A model generated the notes under the pieces. That model searched no databases, was not told where the DNA came from, and saw only the letters and a list, made by a program, of their open reading frames with translations. Both the position numbers and the translations under genes were made by a program. A DNA stretch of 64,000 nt. It comes from a virus. Positions 17,989 to 32,900 of this stretch are shown piece by piece. Positions within the stretch are counted from its first letter, which is position 1. The number at the start of each line of letters is the position of its first letter. The stretch is taken from positions 12,011 through 76,010 of IMG/VR virus record IMGVR_UViG_3300028607_003725. The stretch is one strand, 5' to 3'.

Positions 17989-20900
17989 TGGCTACTAATC
18001 CTACTGATGTTACATTTATAGACCCTGTAGACAAGTCTACTGTAAGACGTAAGTCGTCCGGTGAATTTAGTCAGATTGATCAACTAAAGGATATTTTTGA
18101 GAAACTACGAAAGATTATTTATGAAATAGAAGCAGGGCCAGATGGTTTCAATGCCATGGGTCCTTCTTTAGATAGTACGTTTACTACTACAAGTACAGCA
18201 ACAACCGGCTCTATGACTATGCAAGTAGATAGAGGTTTAGGGGCCCAGCAGTTAAGAGTTAGCATTATTTCTACTATGATAGATTCTTTGCTAATTCCAA
18301 ATAGTGTTCATTATACCCCTTTATTAGAATTTAAAGCCAAGATTCTTGATGAATCTTTGATTAAAAATAATGCAGATGTTACTTCATACTTTTCAGAAGA
18401 ATGGCAGGTACTATTGCATTATATTTATTTATTAGAAACAATATACTCAGCACATGCGGATAGTCTTTATCTTGAATTAATTCCTCTTAAGAATGTAGGA
18501 GGACCTGGAGCTTATGGTTTAGGAAGTATGAACATGAGCGCCATGGAGGTTCTTAAGTCTAATATTCTGCCTCCTTCTATAGTTTCTATAAAGGTAACTT
18601 CTACTAAAGACTATCTCAAGGATGGAACATACCAGAATATTTTAAAAAGTAGACATATTGAACCTTTTTATATGACACCTGAGTTAGCAGATAAACTGTT
18701 AACAGGTTATACTCTAGAAACTCCTCCCCATACCAGAGAAATGCCACCCATGTTTGCAGATCATCATATTAATGTATTTGATGGTACTGGTACAAAGAAG
18801 TATTACGCAGCACAGGGCGGTGTAGCGCATAATGCTATAATTTTTATGTTATCTTTTAGTAAAGCTCCTTCCAAGTGGCTGGAAAATGCTATGGATAATG
18901 AGGATGAATTTATAACTCTAGGGGAAGATATTGGAGCAGGGCCGGCTGATTCGCATTTAGATGTAATCTTATGGAAAGATGCAGCTTCCAGAGATGACCC
19001 AGTAAATAGACAGGCCATTCGAAAGATAATAACGACAATATTAGCTAACGGAAGAAAAAATATGTCTACTTTAGATGTGGATGATTATGTAATGTCAGTT
19101 GAGTCCCGGAAAGAATTCGAATTGTTTATTGACACTTACTTCGTTGAGTTAACTTTGGAGGAGGCCACAACACCTCCCCCTAATGGTAAATTTTTTATAA
19201 ATGGAACATGGTTTACGGATACACCTTTGTACCTACATACTTGGGCAAACGCTAATACTCCAGGAAGTCCAAATTCTGGCAAATTTTGGACAACTACAAA
19301 TTATGATTATTTACGTAAGACTTCATTGTTTGATAAGTTTTTTATAGGAACTAAATCGTTACGTCAATTAGCTAATGACGCTGGTAATTATCCTACAATA
19401 GGAGAACGCAGAGAAAAGTTTGTAGAATTTATAAACTCTTGGCACCTACTTGATAAACCAAACTCTATTAGAGCACTACAGAGCTTAATTGTGGATCATT
19501 TTAAAAACAATAGAAGTGCTTTTGCAGATTTAATAAGTTTTGGTGAGTTAAGAAATTTGGTTTTAGACTATTCGTTACATAATATCTCTCCGACTCATCC
19601 TTTGTACGTGCTTGACTCCTATTATAATATGCAGTCAATTACTTTAATAACCCCTACGGCTAAAATAGAAATAGCAACTCAAGATTCTATAGGACAAGAC
19701 TTATCCGGTCAAATACAATCTATAGAAAATTCAGAAGTAACTATTAATGTAACTGATAGCTTAACTGTTTCGAAAGTTCCAGGTTCAGAAAGCATTTCTC
19801 CTATAATAGACCAAAATGAAATAGAAACTTCAGACAAGGATATCTTACCATTTAAAGGTCTATTAGTGATGTCTACTATTTCAGCGGCTAATAGTGGAAT
19901 CGTGTATGAAGTATTAGACAGGTTTGGAACTATATGGAACCAAGGAGAAACTGCAATAACGTTTGCGATAAAAGATTCAAAAGGTAGTTTAGATCCTGGG
20001 AAATTGGGACTCAAAGGGCTGAAGTATGCCACTATCTTTCCGTTCTTTGATGAAAATGGTAATTCATTTCCTTATTCAAAAAATTATGCAACTATGACTT
20101 GGATAGAAGAAACTAAAAGTCTTTACTTCATTACTCATGATGAATATGGGTTAACACAATTTGATTATCATGCAGTAGCTTCAATTACTTTAGAGGATTC
20201 TAGTTTTACAGATGAACAGGTACCACAATGGAGAGTTGTTTTTGAGGCATATGAAGCAACAGGTGCCCATGTTTTTGATTTATATGGAGGACAGTTACTT
20301 GTATTTAATATTCCAAATATTCCGCAGGGGGCATTAATAACAGATAGAGTACAGCTCGGTATTACCTCTGTACCTAGTTATCCAGAAAAGGTTAAGAGTA
20401 AGTTATTTATTCAAGAGACCGAGCCTGTTACGCTAATGACTATTCCTGTTACTCAAAAGTTCGATGTTGAATACGATCTCTGGGGCGGCGACGGCTTTAA
20501 GAACCCCGATGGTAGTACACCGGTTGTTATGGACCCATCATGGTTTGAGGATAAGGATACTGAAGAAGAAGCATTAGATGATGGTGGTGGAACTATTTCT
20601 CCATCAATAACAACAACTTTCAGTATTGGCAGTAAGGAAGTACCAATTGATGAATATTTAAGAGTACTAGAAAAAATTCAATTTAATAAGCCCTCAGTTG
20701 CAACAGACATTTCAGATATAATACAATATAATACGGAAACGGGTGAATCATTAACCAGATCTACTTCACTACCAGCTAAAGCTTTACAAACGGATAGTCA
20801 ATTTAAATACGTAAGACCTGCTAATCCAGAGGACACTGGAGTAATGTATATTGGTGATATACTTTTTCATATACCTCCAGTTAATCTGAGGTTCAGCACT

Positions 20901-23900
20901 GTTAACCAAACAATGTCGATTCCTACTATGAGAACAAAAGGGGATCCTATTAATACAAGTAATAATAATATACCTAAGGTAGATATAACAGTATATTTTA
21001 AAGGAACAGAGCAAATAAATAACACTCTTAGACCTTTGCTTGCTCTTTCCCAAGTTATGCCAACTACCTCTGTTCAAAATACTACCATTTTTGATTCGTG
21101 GATAGGTAGGAGAGATAAACTTTCTGACAGTACCTTAGACGAAATAGATAGATTTTTACCATTACCGTGCTATTTAGAGAGCATAAACGTCGGTACTATT
21201 CCCGGTTTTCCGAATACACTGCAGGCACACATTACTTTGATTCAAATGGACATTTCACCAATGGTTCCAGTTTTAACCTATTGGAAATATACATCCGATG
21301 CTCTAAATCAAGCTATGATGAAAACAACAAGGCAATCTATAAGTAATACAATCTTAACTATAAAGGACAAAGAGACTCCAGGGCTTACCAAGAATCCTAA
21401 AAATGATAGTGAAATCAAAGTACTTAATTCAGTGGGTCAATTGTTAACAATAAAACTCCCGGATAAAATGGATCAAGTCGATGACGACAAAATTACCGTC
21501 TATCCCCAAGAATCATTTCCCTTTAGAAAACTATATAGAAATAGATTATTAGAGGAAGAGAATACTTTTAGTAGAGTAGTGAAAGATCCCTTCTTACATT
21601 GGAATAAATATCTTCCTGCAGAAAATTCTACTTTGTATTTGACATATAAATCCCCAAGATATTTTAATGATGAATGGTATAGTTTTAAAAGTAGATTTGA
21701 TCTATTAGCTCAAAATATGAATGGAGTCAGATTATTATTTCAAATAACAGGTGCAGGCCTGACAGAAGAAGCAAGTATATCAAATCTGTTTAGAAAAACT
21801 GAAGATTTTGGACTACGAGAGGCCATAGAATATATGGTAGGAGCATTATCTTGGGTAAAAGACTGGGACGCCACAATTAGTATTCTTAATAGAGAATGGA
21901 AAAAAACTGTTGTAGGTATGGCTCGAAGATTTGGATCTGAGCCATTAATGATAACATTCAATAATTTGGATGGTACAGAGGAAACAGTAAATTTAGCCGA
22001 CTGGGTAGATTCTACTAGTGTTGATTTAGAATATGTTGATGAAGACGGAAATATAAAACAACCAGTTAGAGATATTATAAACTCACTGGTTAAGAGATTT
22101 GCAGAAGACCTGCAGCCTGATAAACGAGCAAAAAATGGAAATGTTTTACCGGCGTCTCTTGATTTTGTTGAAACTATTATTCAAAATATCCTAATTAATC
22201 CTATATTTGATGAAGAAACTCCGACCAATCCTCTAAACTATGAAGATATACAAATAGGACTTGGATGGTCTGAGTCTCCGTCTGTAGAAAATATAGATCT
22301 TTTAGTTAAACAAGGTTTATTTCCGACTATGACTAAGGAAGGCAAAAAACAAAGAGGAAAAGTTGTTAGATATCATTTTCAATCCGTGATTCAATCAATA
22401 AGTTGGTCATATGCAAATAATTTATCTCCTATGTTTTTAGCCTCTTCTACGTTGCCGACTTATCAGCATATGGGAACAGCTAATGCTATGGTAACTATAT
22501 CTCTTAGAACACGAGATGAACGATTAATAAAAATATTAACAGATATGAAAGAAGCAGCTAATGCAATTGGTTCACAAATATTATCTGGAAATACAGAGTT
22601 GGTAGGTTTTGATGTTATTTCACTATCAGGGGCTATGGATAAAGTATACTCCGGCCATTTATTAAACTCCTTTGGCTTTAAACATTGCAGTATTGCAAGT
22701 ATGGAACATAGAAATATGGAAGGTTTTCCCGGGTGGTGGGAAGTAAATATTGATTTAATTGAAAATAATACTGTTCTAAGATCATGGGAAAACTTATCTC
22801 TTGTTCCATCAATAGGTTCAAATACTATCAATATACTTAAAAAAGCTTTATTTGCTATTCCTTTTGTTGTTGATTCAGGTGCGGAATTTGATCCTACACT
22901 AGCCGGTCTTCAAGGTACAGGAAAAGAAATCACAATAAAAAAAGATATTGGTGGTAAGAAGACGTATAATAATAGAACCCGCTCCGTCACGACAGCTAAG
23001 AACGTTGTAACAATAAAGACAACAATTCCAGAGAAACCTCCTTCAGAAAAATTAAATTTTGATGAAATAGCACTACAAGAACTTCCATTGGAAAGTATAA
23101 TAGATCACTTAGTAAGAAGGGTAGTTCATGTCAGGACAGGCAAGAACTATGCTAAAGTAACATTAAAAGAAGTTGAAAGATCTGGTACTATAAAAGCAAC
23201 TTATAAGGAGTGGACAATAAATTTTGATAAGGATGGAAATGAACTAAAAGGACGATATAGCAAAGATGAAATAGCTAGAGTAGAGGAAAAATGGGCATGG
23301 AAAGTATTCCAAAGTAAAAGAAAACCAAGCTATAAGGGTAATGTTGTTCTTGATCACTCGAAAGCTCTGGGTCCTTGGTTAGAAAAGTTGGCTGATATAA
23401 CTAAGTTGTTTTCAGAGTATGACAAATATCTTAAAGGTGCAGATGTTAATTATCCTCAGTATACTAACGAAGCACAAGGGTTACCCGATAGACAAATAGC
23501 ATTTGGTCTTCAAGCAGCCGTCGAAGATGCAATAGGTGCTTGTATTGAGATGACTTGTTATTTATTTGATTCAGCAGCATATAACTTAGTCGAGAGATCT
23601 TATAGAGAGGTTGAAGACAGAATTGCAAAGTTTATAAAGATGTATCCTGAGGCATTTTCATCTTCTGGAACTTTACCTTTAAGAGAGGCAATATTCAGTG
23701 CAGTGAAATATGGTCCATCTCTGGCCAAATATGATTATTCCGTCCAGCCTTCCACCACATTTTTTACAAAAGGACTCAGATATCATATTGTTAAAGGATT
23801 TTTTATAGACCCCATTAATGCCTCTATTAATTTAAATACTGATGCATTAACTATTGAAGCGGGTATGTTTAGTAATACTTTATCTAATAAATTAACACCA

Positions 23901-26900
23901 TTAATACGTAGGCAAGATTTCAGAGAACTGATAGATCAACAGGCGGAGGCATTTGGATTTTCATCTACTAATAAACCAGATTTAGCAGCATTGTATGCAG
24001 AGTTAAATAGATCTATTGCTCCAAATTATCCGGATCTAAATTTACCAGATATATATCTTACGTCAACCGGCACACAGTTAATGTCACCAACGTTTTGTTT
24101 TGTTGATATTGATCCAGATCTTGAAATAGTTGAAATGGAAAAATCACTTGTAATGCTAAGAACAGTATTCTCAACTCAAATTGCTGCTTTATGGGGAGTT
24201 ATTAATAAAAGAGCATACGATGACATACAAGCTTATATGGTTACTAATAATGGACAGAATACTCCTATGTTTGATACAGCGTTAAATACTATGAGTGCTC
24301 TTGAGATTGCGTTAGCAGGGAAGGGGGAAAGAAAACGAGGATTAGTAATTCCGGCTTGGTTATTAGATCAGACTGACCCCCTTGCTCCTAGAAAAGATAA
24401 GTTAGACATAAAGAACTTAAAAGCTGCCAATATTTTTAAGATAATGGGTGATCTTGTTAAAAAAATAGAACTTGAACAGACACAAAATAATGAGAATCCC
24501 GATCCATTGGCAAGAACACCATTAACAGTTCCATTGACAGAGGGGTATCAGGGTTTAGCTAAATCGGATCTTATGAAGATAATGAGTCTTACAGCATTAG
24601 TGGATTATGTTATTACTCTAATGGCAGTGGCTCCTTATGTAACTGATCAGGTAGAGGCGACTAAATGGCTAGGAGCCACTGATGGTCTTAATTTTGTAGA
24701 AGCATCAAAAGCATTATCAAAACATGTTGCAGGATTTCTAGAGGAGGACAAACCAAATGTCGAAAAGTTAGCAAGTATTTTTAAAAACACAGTACTTCTG
24801 ACAGGAATAGAGGACCTAAAGATAGACTCAGAAATTAGAATAAAACGAACTATAGATTTAATTCTTAAAAAGAAAAATAAAGCTTCATCTATGCTGACCA
24901 TAGCATCTACCGGAGATTGGAGTGCTTTTAATTCATTTATGGGTATTGGAAACGTAGATGGTGATTTTAAGAGAACTGAATTACTAACAAAATTTAATGA
25001 GTATATGCAGACAAAAAGAAAAGGTACAATGGATAGAGTGTATCCTGCTTTTAAGCTGTTTATCTTAGAGGAAGATTCCCCTGTATGGCATTCTTTTGAT
25101 GACTTCTATACATATGATGCTGCTAGTGAAATTTCAATCATAGAGAGTAAACATGCTGCTAGTAAAACTGCATTGTTAAAACTATCTAATGTTACTGGAA
25201 AATTAACTGGTAAAAAATATAATGATCTTATTAATGAAGGGTACATTCCTTTACCGGGCGCTAATGTAAATTTAAAAGTAGGCGCAGAAATAATGATATT
25301 ATTAGGATATGGTGCAGACTATCGACAGCTTAGAATGAAGTTTAAAGGGGCAATCACAGAAATTAATCCAGGTGCTATACTAGAACTAACGGCACAATCG
25401 TGGGGAGCAGGTTTACTTAATCAAGTTGGTTCTCTTGGTGGAATTGAGCATACAACACTAAATGGAGCTTCTACACTAGGTGGAGTTCTGTTGGATATAC
25501 TAACTCAAACACCTGGGTTAGGGAAACTAGGAAGATGGGGTCTCAGGGACTGGGATAAAAATGATCCCAAACATTTTACTTATACATCTTTAAAGAGAAT
25601 ATATTATGCCAGAGCAATGAATTCTGCTTTGGGTTGGATTCCTAGTAAGGATTTTGCAGTTGTTAGTAATATATCTGATATACTGGGGGGCTTTTTGGAA
25701 GATAGATCTGAGGGTTTACCTTTTACTGGAAAAGGGGTTCTAGAAAAATATAGACAAAATGATGTAATTGTCCGCTCTGTTGGTAATGCTATTTTTGATA
25801 ATATTATAATTAATAATAATAAATTAGACGGGTATGGTCTTTTTCAGTGGGTGTCCAGGGTTACAAAGATATCCAGTTGGGGATTCTCTTGGCATATTTA
25901 TGCTCAATCAGCATGGGATGCTTTACATGAAGTTACATTGTTTTTAGGCGATTATATAGTGACGACTCTACCATTCGATGAGGGAAATGATGTATTCAGT
26001 AATCCTCCGCGTGAAACTTTATATGTAGGCCCTAGAGAACATTTATATAATGCATCTTCTTTTAAACCAACATTTAATATCAGAGATATAATGGCTGAAA
26101 TAATTAAGGACTATAACAATAGTTCAACTATTGTTGCTAATGCTACTGAGCTGGCTAAAGACTTTTCAACGAATTTAGATAATGCGTTGGCTAAACTTAA
26201 GGAATTAGAGGATGGAGCAGAGTTTCCCGTTGGAGAGCCTCAAGTTGCCAATGTACCAATGTATTGTACAGAATGGTATGACGGGCATGAAGAAGATCCA
26301 GCAACTTCTCCAGGAGATGAATATACCGTACTTTATACTATTCCGACTCCTTATGATGTAGGCGCTTCTGGGGCAACTTTTACATTTTTTGTACCCGAAA
26401 AAGATAGTTTAGACAAGGATCAAGCCTCAAATCTAATAAATCCTGGATCCCCTTATCCGGCTGTGCACGTTCTTGGTGATTTTGTAAAAGATCATGGAAT
26501 TCCTGGTTGGGGAGGAATGATAGAAGTAACTCGAGTTAAAGCTACAGATAGAGTTACCGGTCAGCAGTTTAATGCGGAAGTAGAATATACTAATGTAGGA
26601 GATGGATCTACAGCAGGATGGTGGGTTACTGTCAAAGATTTACCTGAAGTAGGAGCTACCTTTAGTCAAACGGTTTCTGAGGAATATTCTGACATTGAAA
26701 TATTTGGAGCGTCAGGAAACTATTATGAATGGAATGCAGCTCCATTTTCTTCTGCCGGATCAACAGGTTCTAATGGGTTTAACCCAGAGCACTACATAGG
26801 AAGAGGCAAAGTTCTCTTATCAACTCCAGGAAATAAGCCAATACAAGATGGAAGTTTAGACGTATTTTTAATAACGTGTAATAGTGGGGGCCCTGAGTGT

Positions 26901-29900
26901 GAGGAACAAATCTTTGAAGTAGGAACGCTAGGGTATACAGGAAGCGGGGGCGCAACAGGATTTCAAGTAATAAGTACTGTAGATATTTTGGGCCCAACTT
27001 ATGCAGGGTCAACTCAGACTTTTCCTCACGGAACTAGGGAGTATATAGAAAGATCTTATATACTAGAAATATACGATACTCCAAGTATATTCTTATATGA
27101 TGAAAAATCAAGTGATGTTACTGGAGCTTCTTATGATTATGAACTTAGAGCTCCTATTAATTCAGATTCAACAAGCTTCTCTTATCAGACTAAGTATAAA
27201 GTAGCAACTAAATCTTTAGACTTAGGATGTAGTTATGCTAGGGAGTCTCATAACGAAGATGTAGGAGCAGGGACTTATTCTGGATGGGAGTATGATATTT
27301 ATCCTGAGGGAGATTTACTATTAGAGATTCCTAACTGTCGACCAGTGTCCGGAGACTGTCCATGGTTAGATGAAGCAGAACCACCAGGTATGGATCAATA
27401 TGGTCCACATATAGAAATTTCTGAGGAGGATTATGGATTAATTATTGAGGATAAAGCTTTTCTTAAGATACCACGTAGTCCGTGGTTTAATCAATATATC
27501 GCTGATGCTTTTCCGGCGCAATCATCTACCTATTCTTGGCATGTACCAAATTTAGATCCAGATCCAGACGAGAGAGTATGGTTATCCAGATGTGGGGTTG
27601 CTATTTCTAATGATTGGTTAGATTATAATGGAACATCAGAAAGTAATGCTGATCCTACATGGTGGGCTCCAGAAAAACGTTGGGACTGGATATTACCCAA
27701 TTCATTTCCGTCTCAAATAGCTGAATCCGACGCAGGGTATATTGCGCCATATAGTTCTAGTATTTTTTGGAACTGGATAGCTGCAAATAATGCAATGTGG
27801 ACCACATATTTTACAAGTGGATTTACTTCCCAATGGACAGGTAATGGTATTATTTTTCCAGATCCTCAAGACTTGTGGACATCTGTTTCTCAAATAAATA
27901 CAGGAGGAGTAGGTGCTTGTGATGCTAGTACTGTATGGCAGACAGTAAATGAATGTACAGAGCTTAGCTTTACTAAATTTCCACCAATAACTTGTTCTGA
28001 GCATACAACATATGGCGCAGGAGCGCCACCTCCTGATTGTGCTGGAAAATGTTCTGGTGAAATAGGATATGGTTCTTTATTAGATGAATGTGGGGTATGC
28101 ATGGATCCGGGCTGTACAAATACAGGTCCAGGCGCTACGTTTACTGAAAATCCATGTAATGGAGATGAATATCCTGGAAATGTAAATGAGGAAGGAACTG
28201 GATGGAATCAAATATGTGCAGATTGTGGAGGGTTAGCTAATGGTGATTGGTTTAATAATCAATGCGGGGATTGTGTAGCACCTGAGTCCTTTGGGGCAAC
28301 TGCCTGTATTAGACACTGTAATGGAAGATATTATTATACAGATGGAGCTGATTCTATTGATCAAGCTAGTTTGATATCAGGAACTACAGGTCCCCAGATT
28401 GATACTTGTGGAGTGTGCATGTATTCATATGGCGAAGGGGCACAGAATCCAAGTTTACAAACATGGTCTACTAATACAGATTGGCAATTCTGGGGAGGAA
28501 CAGGCATTAATCACGGAGCTGGCTTTGGGTGGAACAAACCCTGTGCTGATTGTGCACTTGAACCTGGGGGCACAGCGCTTCATGATAGATGTTATCAATG
28601 TGTCGGAGCAACTACTGGAGGTACCTATGCCGCAGATACGGTTGTTCCTTGTGTTACGGATTGTGCAGGTAACTGGGGCGGTACAGCTGAATTTGATGAT
28701 TGTGGTGTTTGTGTTTATGATACTGCTAGTGGTGACGGCACTGGATGGAATCAAACATGTGTAGACTGTGCTGGAGAACCAGGAGGTACTGCATACTATG
28801 ATAACTGTGGAGTTTGTGTTGGTCTAAGTACTACAGGTCCTTACCCGGCAGGGGCAACTGCTCCATGTATTGCAGATTGTGCAGGAAATTGGGGAGGGGC
28901 TCTGTTAGATACCTGTATTGGAAATAATGCTACTGAAGAAGAGGACTGTGTGAATAATGGGGGTTTTTGGTCACCTTTAGGATATGATATATGTGGTAAC
29001 TGTGGGAAATCTGTAACAGATGTAACTCCTCAGGCATTTTGTAATAATGGTACTCAGTATAACGATTGGTATACTGGATGCGGAGCAAATATTAATGACT
29101 ATTTATTTCCAGGAATAGGAGTTTATGAAGAAACTAATGGATGGGCATTTTACGCTGTGTATAATGAGGACGATCCGACTGGTTCTGATCCATTGGATAC
29201 AATTCACAATTCGTTCCATTCTTCCTACGGAGGAAATGGTGCAACTTTTTCAGGTGAAGATACAGCTAGAGCTGCTGCATATGACTGGTGGGAGAATTTA
29301 TCTAATCAATCTTATGGACTGCCTCAGAGTCCTTTTGGAGATTGTACTTGTTGGGGCGGTAATGAAGATAGTGACTGTGATGGAAATTGTCAGTATGATA
29401 GATCCTTTAGTTATAATAACTCTTATGACGATAGTGCTTCTCAGTTTGATGATTGTAATGTATGTGTACGTGCCTCTACTTATAACTCTGGGTCATGTGC
29501 TGATTGTTCTGGTGTAGATAATGGTAGTGCCTATACTGATGATTGTGGGAATTGTGTATCAACTCCTGATGCAGGGTGTGCAAAAGGATGTGACGGCATA
29601 TGGTATGATGATAGCTCTCAACCTGAATACGATGATTGTACTATTTGTACAGGTACATTTCCAGCAGGTGTTCCTACTTACAACGATGAATCATGCTATG
29701 ATTGTGGAGGAAATGTTAATGGAAATTTGCATATTAATAGATGTGGGCATTGTGGTGATCCATCTGATACAGGTGAGACAACTTATAATAGGTGTGAAAT
29801 GGCTTGTGACGGAACATGGCAAACTAGAGTTTATGAGGATGATAGTGGTATAGGGGAAGATAGAGTCTTTTATTATCAAACTGGTTATTATAATCCATCG

Positions 29901-32900
29901 TATCCAGCTAGATTGGATTGGTGTGATATTTGCCACTTTGAAGGTTCTGAAGAACCGGGTTGGGACTTCCCAGATCGGCCGGAGTGGAATGAAAATTGTA
30001 CAGATTGTGCGGGTGTTTTAAACAAACGACAACATTTACTTCATAATCAAGATAATGAATTTACTGCTACTGAGAATAAATGTGATGAATGTGTGTCTTT
30101 AGATACTTGGAGTATGACAAGTTGTGCTCCTGAAGGTACTGATAATTGCCAAAAACGGTGTGATGGAACTTGGTCTATAGCAAGTGGAACTGGAACTTGG
30201 CCACCATATGATACAAATGAATGTCCTAAACCGATATTCAATGATGGAGCAACTGCAGATAATATAGATAATTGTGGAGTATGTGGAGGAACAGGTGTTC
30301 CATTTGGAGATACCTTAGGTGCTGATATGACCTATTATGGATGTGGATGTGAGGAAGCCTGTCGAGGAGATGTACCTTGGCAACTAAGAACGGTATATGA
30401 AGCAAGGCATAAAGATCCGATTAAAGTTGTAGTCAGGTATTCCTATATAACTGATTTTATAGATGACGCATTAGAATTAGATATTGCAATCTCATATTAT
30501 GTTAAAAAAAAGTGTGCACAATTTGCATTTGAGCTTCCTCGAATTCCTACTAATATAGGAGTAAGTACAATAGAACAATTAGGATTTATTACAATGGATC
30601 CTCATAATATTCAAGCAAAAATCACTATAAATCCTGCAGATTATGGACAGGAAAGTCCTGATGGAGGATCATCTCCCTATGAGATAACTATGAATTCGTT
30701 TAGCCAATTTGGTCAATTAACTCCAGAGGGCGAGGTAACTGTTAATGAAATTGATCCAAATAATCCACCTGAGTTGTTAGATGCAAATCCAAATGTGATA
30801 GGAGCAAGTACAACATTAGCGCTTATTAATAAATATACAGTGGTACCAAAAGTTCATAGACAATTAAATCATGCTATTTCATATTTATCCTCTACTCCAG
30901 TCCCTGTGGATTACAACTTTTATTTTAAAACACTTGGTTCGTGGGTAGAGGTGACTTATAACTTAATTAATCATGTAGCAGCTAATCCTTTACAGATAGC
31001 AGGGGCCCAGCAAGCAGTGCAAGAAATACAAGCTAATATTAGCAACGTAGCCGAGTTAAAGGAGTTGGTTGCCAAAAATGAACAAGAAGTTTTAACATTA
31101 GCTAAACATAGTATTTCTAAAATAATAAAAGATATTTATAATCTTCAGGGGTATGGGCCTGGTTCATACTTAAATGGAGGATGGGAGTGGAGAGAGTTTG
31201 TTCCAATCTTTGTAAAACAGTTGATAGGGAATGGTTTTCACCGCTATGCAGCGATAGTATCAAAATGGGCAAGTGTAGGTTTCTGGAGTCCCTTCTTATC
31301 TAAAAAAATTCTGATATGGGGCATAGATATTAACGTATGGGGAAAGGTAATCCGAGAGATTGGCTGGTATGGGGATAGTCCTGTTCCTTTTACATATACT
31401 AAAGTTCATGAGATTTTAGTAGGTGATTATGAAAAAAACTTTATTGATAAAACTATGATGAGTAGTATTGAAATAGATGAATACTCTGTTGGGCTACTAG
31501 AGTATGTAAATAAGCTAAAAAAACTAAATTCAGAAGACTGTGAGTGGATGACTCCTGTTGTCGATCCTGCTACTAACGCTAACGTGTCTAAGTATAACAA
31601 GCAGATGTACAATTTTCGAATAAGTAAAGATAAAATGGTTTCTGAATCAGTAAAGGTTGATGAGAATGTGGATACTGGAGGTTATAGAAATACATCAGGC
31701 TTCTATCACAAGGACAAACCAGAAATGAAAAAGCTCGGAATGGAATTTAAATATCTTGGTGGTATTAAAGGAGATATTACGTTTGCGGGCATTGATCTTA
31801 CCCTAACAATCTCATCTGTCGGGGTTCTTCAGCATTTAACGGACATGTATCATAATATATTTTTACTGTCGAAGCAAGATCTGGCCATGAAAGAAGATAT
31901 AATTGACATAATGAAAAATCAAATAGAAGGCAGAGCAGCAGGTCTGGAGAGTTATAATATAGAAGAACCTGGTTATAGTGATATGTCTCTTGTTCTTATT
32001 GAACTAGAAGATAGAATAAGAGAAATTAGAGGATTAAATAATATATTTAGTTATAAGTCAGTAGTTCAACATCACTTCGTAGATAGTTATAATGATATTT
32101 TGCAGAATAATATTATTGCTACAGCTGATGAAATGTTTAATCATGTTTCTATACATTATTTAGCAGAACCCTCTAAGGCTAAAACAAATACGTCTGCTGA
32201 GTATTATAAAACAGAAGCTATGGTAAGCTATGACCAGGATGCTGATTATTTGAGAACTTATACCTCTTATATGAAAAATATGGATCCTAATATGTTTAAA
32301 GACTGGTCGAGTGCAAATGTTTACTTAGGAGACCATAGAGCTAATGATGAGTTTGCTCAGGAGCAAATATTGGATGCATTTACACCAGAAGCTTCAAACA
32401 TAGCACAAAATGTACTAAGAAATGTTATTAAACCTATGTATCAAGGAACGTTAAGTATGTTGGGTAACCCTAATATAAGACCATGGGATGTAGTATACAT
32501 CTATGATGATAATATAGCTATGTATGGTCCAGTAGAAGTAGAACAAGTAGTTAATACAATATCGGTAGATGGAGGATATATAACTACTATTATTCCTAAC
32601 CTCTTGATTTATGATAAAGATTCAATGAGAGCAATTGAGCAACAACTAATGAGTCATATCCAGCAGTTTGGATTTAAAAATATGGCAGCTTTGGGGGCGT
32701 ACTCCCTCATAAGACTAGGCGCCGCCAGAGTAGGATGGAAATGGGTCTATAATACGTTTTTGAAAGCATCTTCGGAAGGAGCAGGACTCTCTGTTTATAA
32801 CGCAACTGCAAAGCTATGGGAACTATCTGCTAAGCAGGTTGCAGATGGAGGCTCTCGGTCGGCATTTGCATCAGCTAAACTAGCTAATAAGGCTCAGACT

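Noticed and set aside
28399-29853. Plus-strand alternative-frame ORFs (28399, 29125, 29521; likewise 7917, 60590, 62249)
   Set aside because: Nested out of frame in larger genes; the MIxV-rich text arises from shifted GAT/TGT codons of the real frame.
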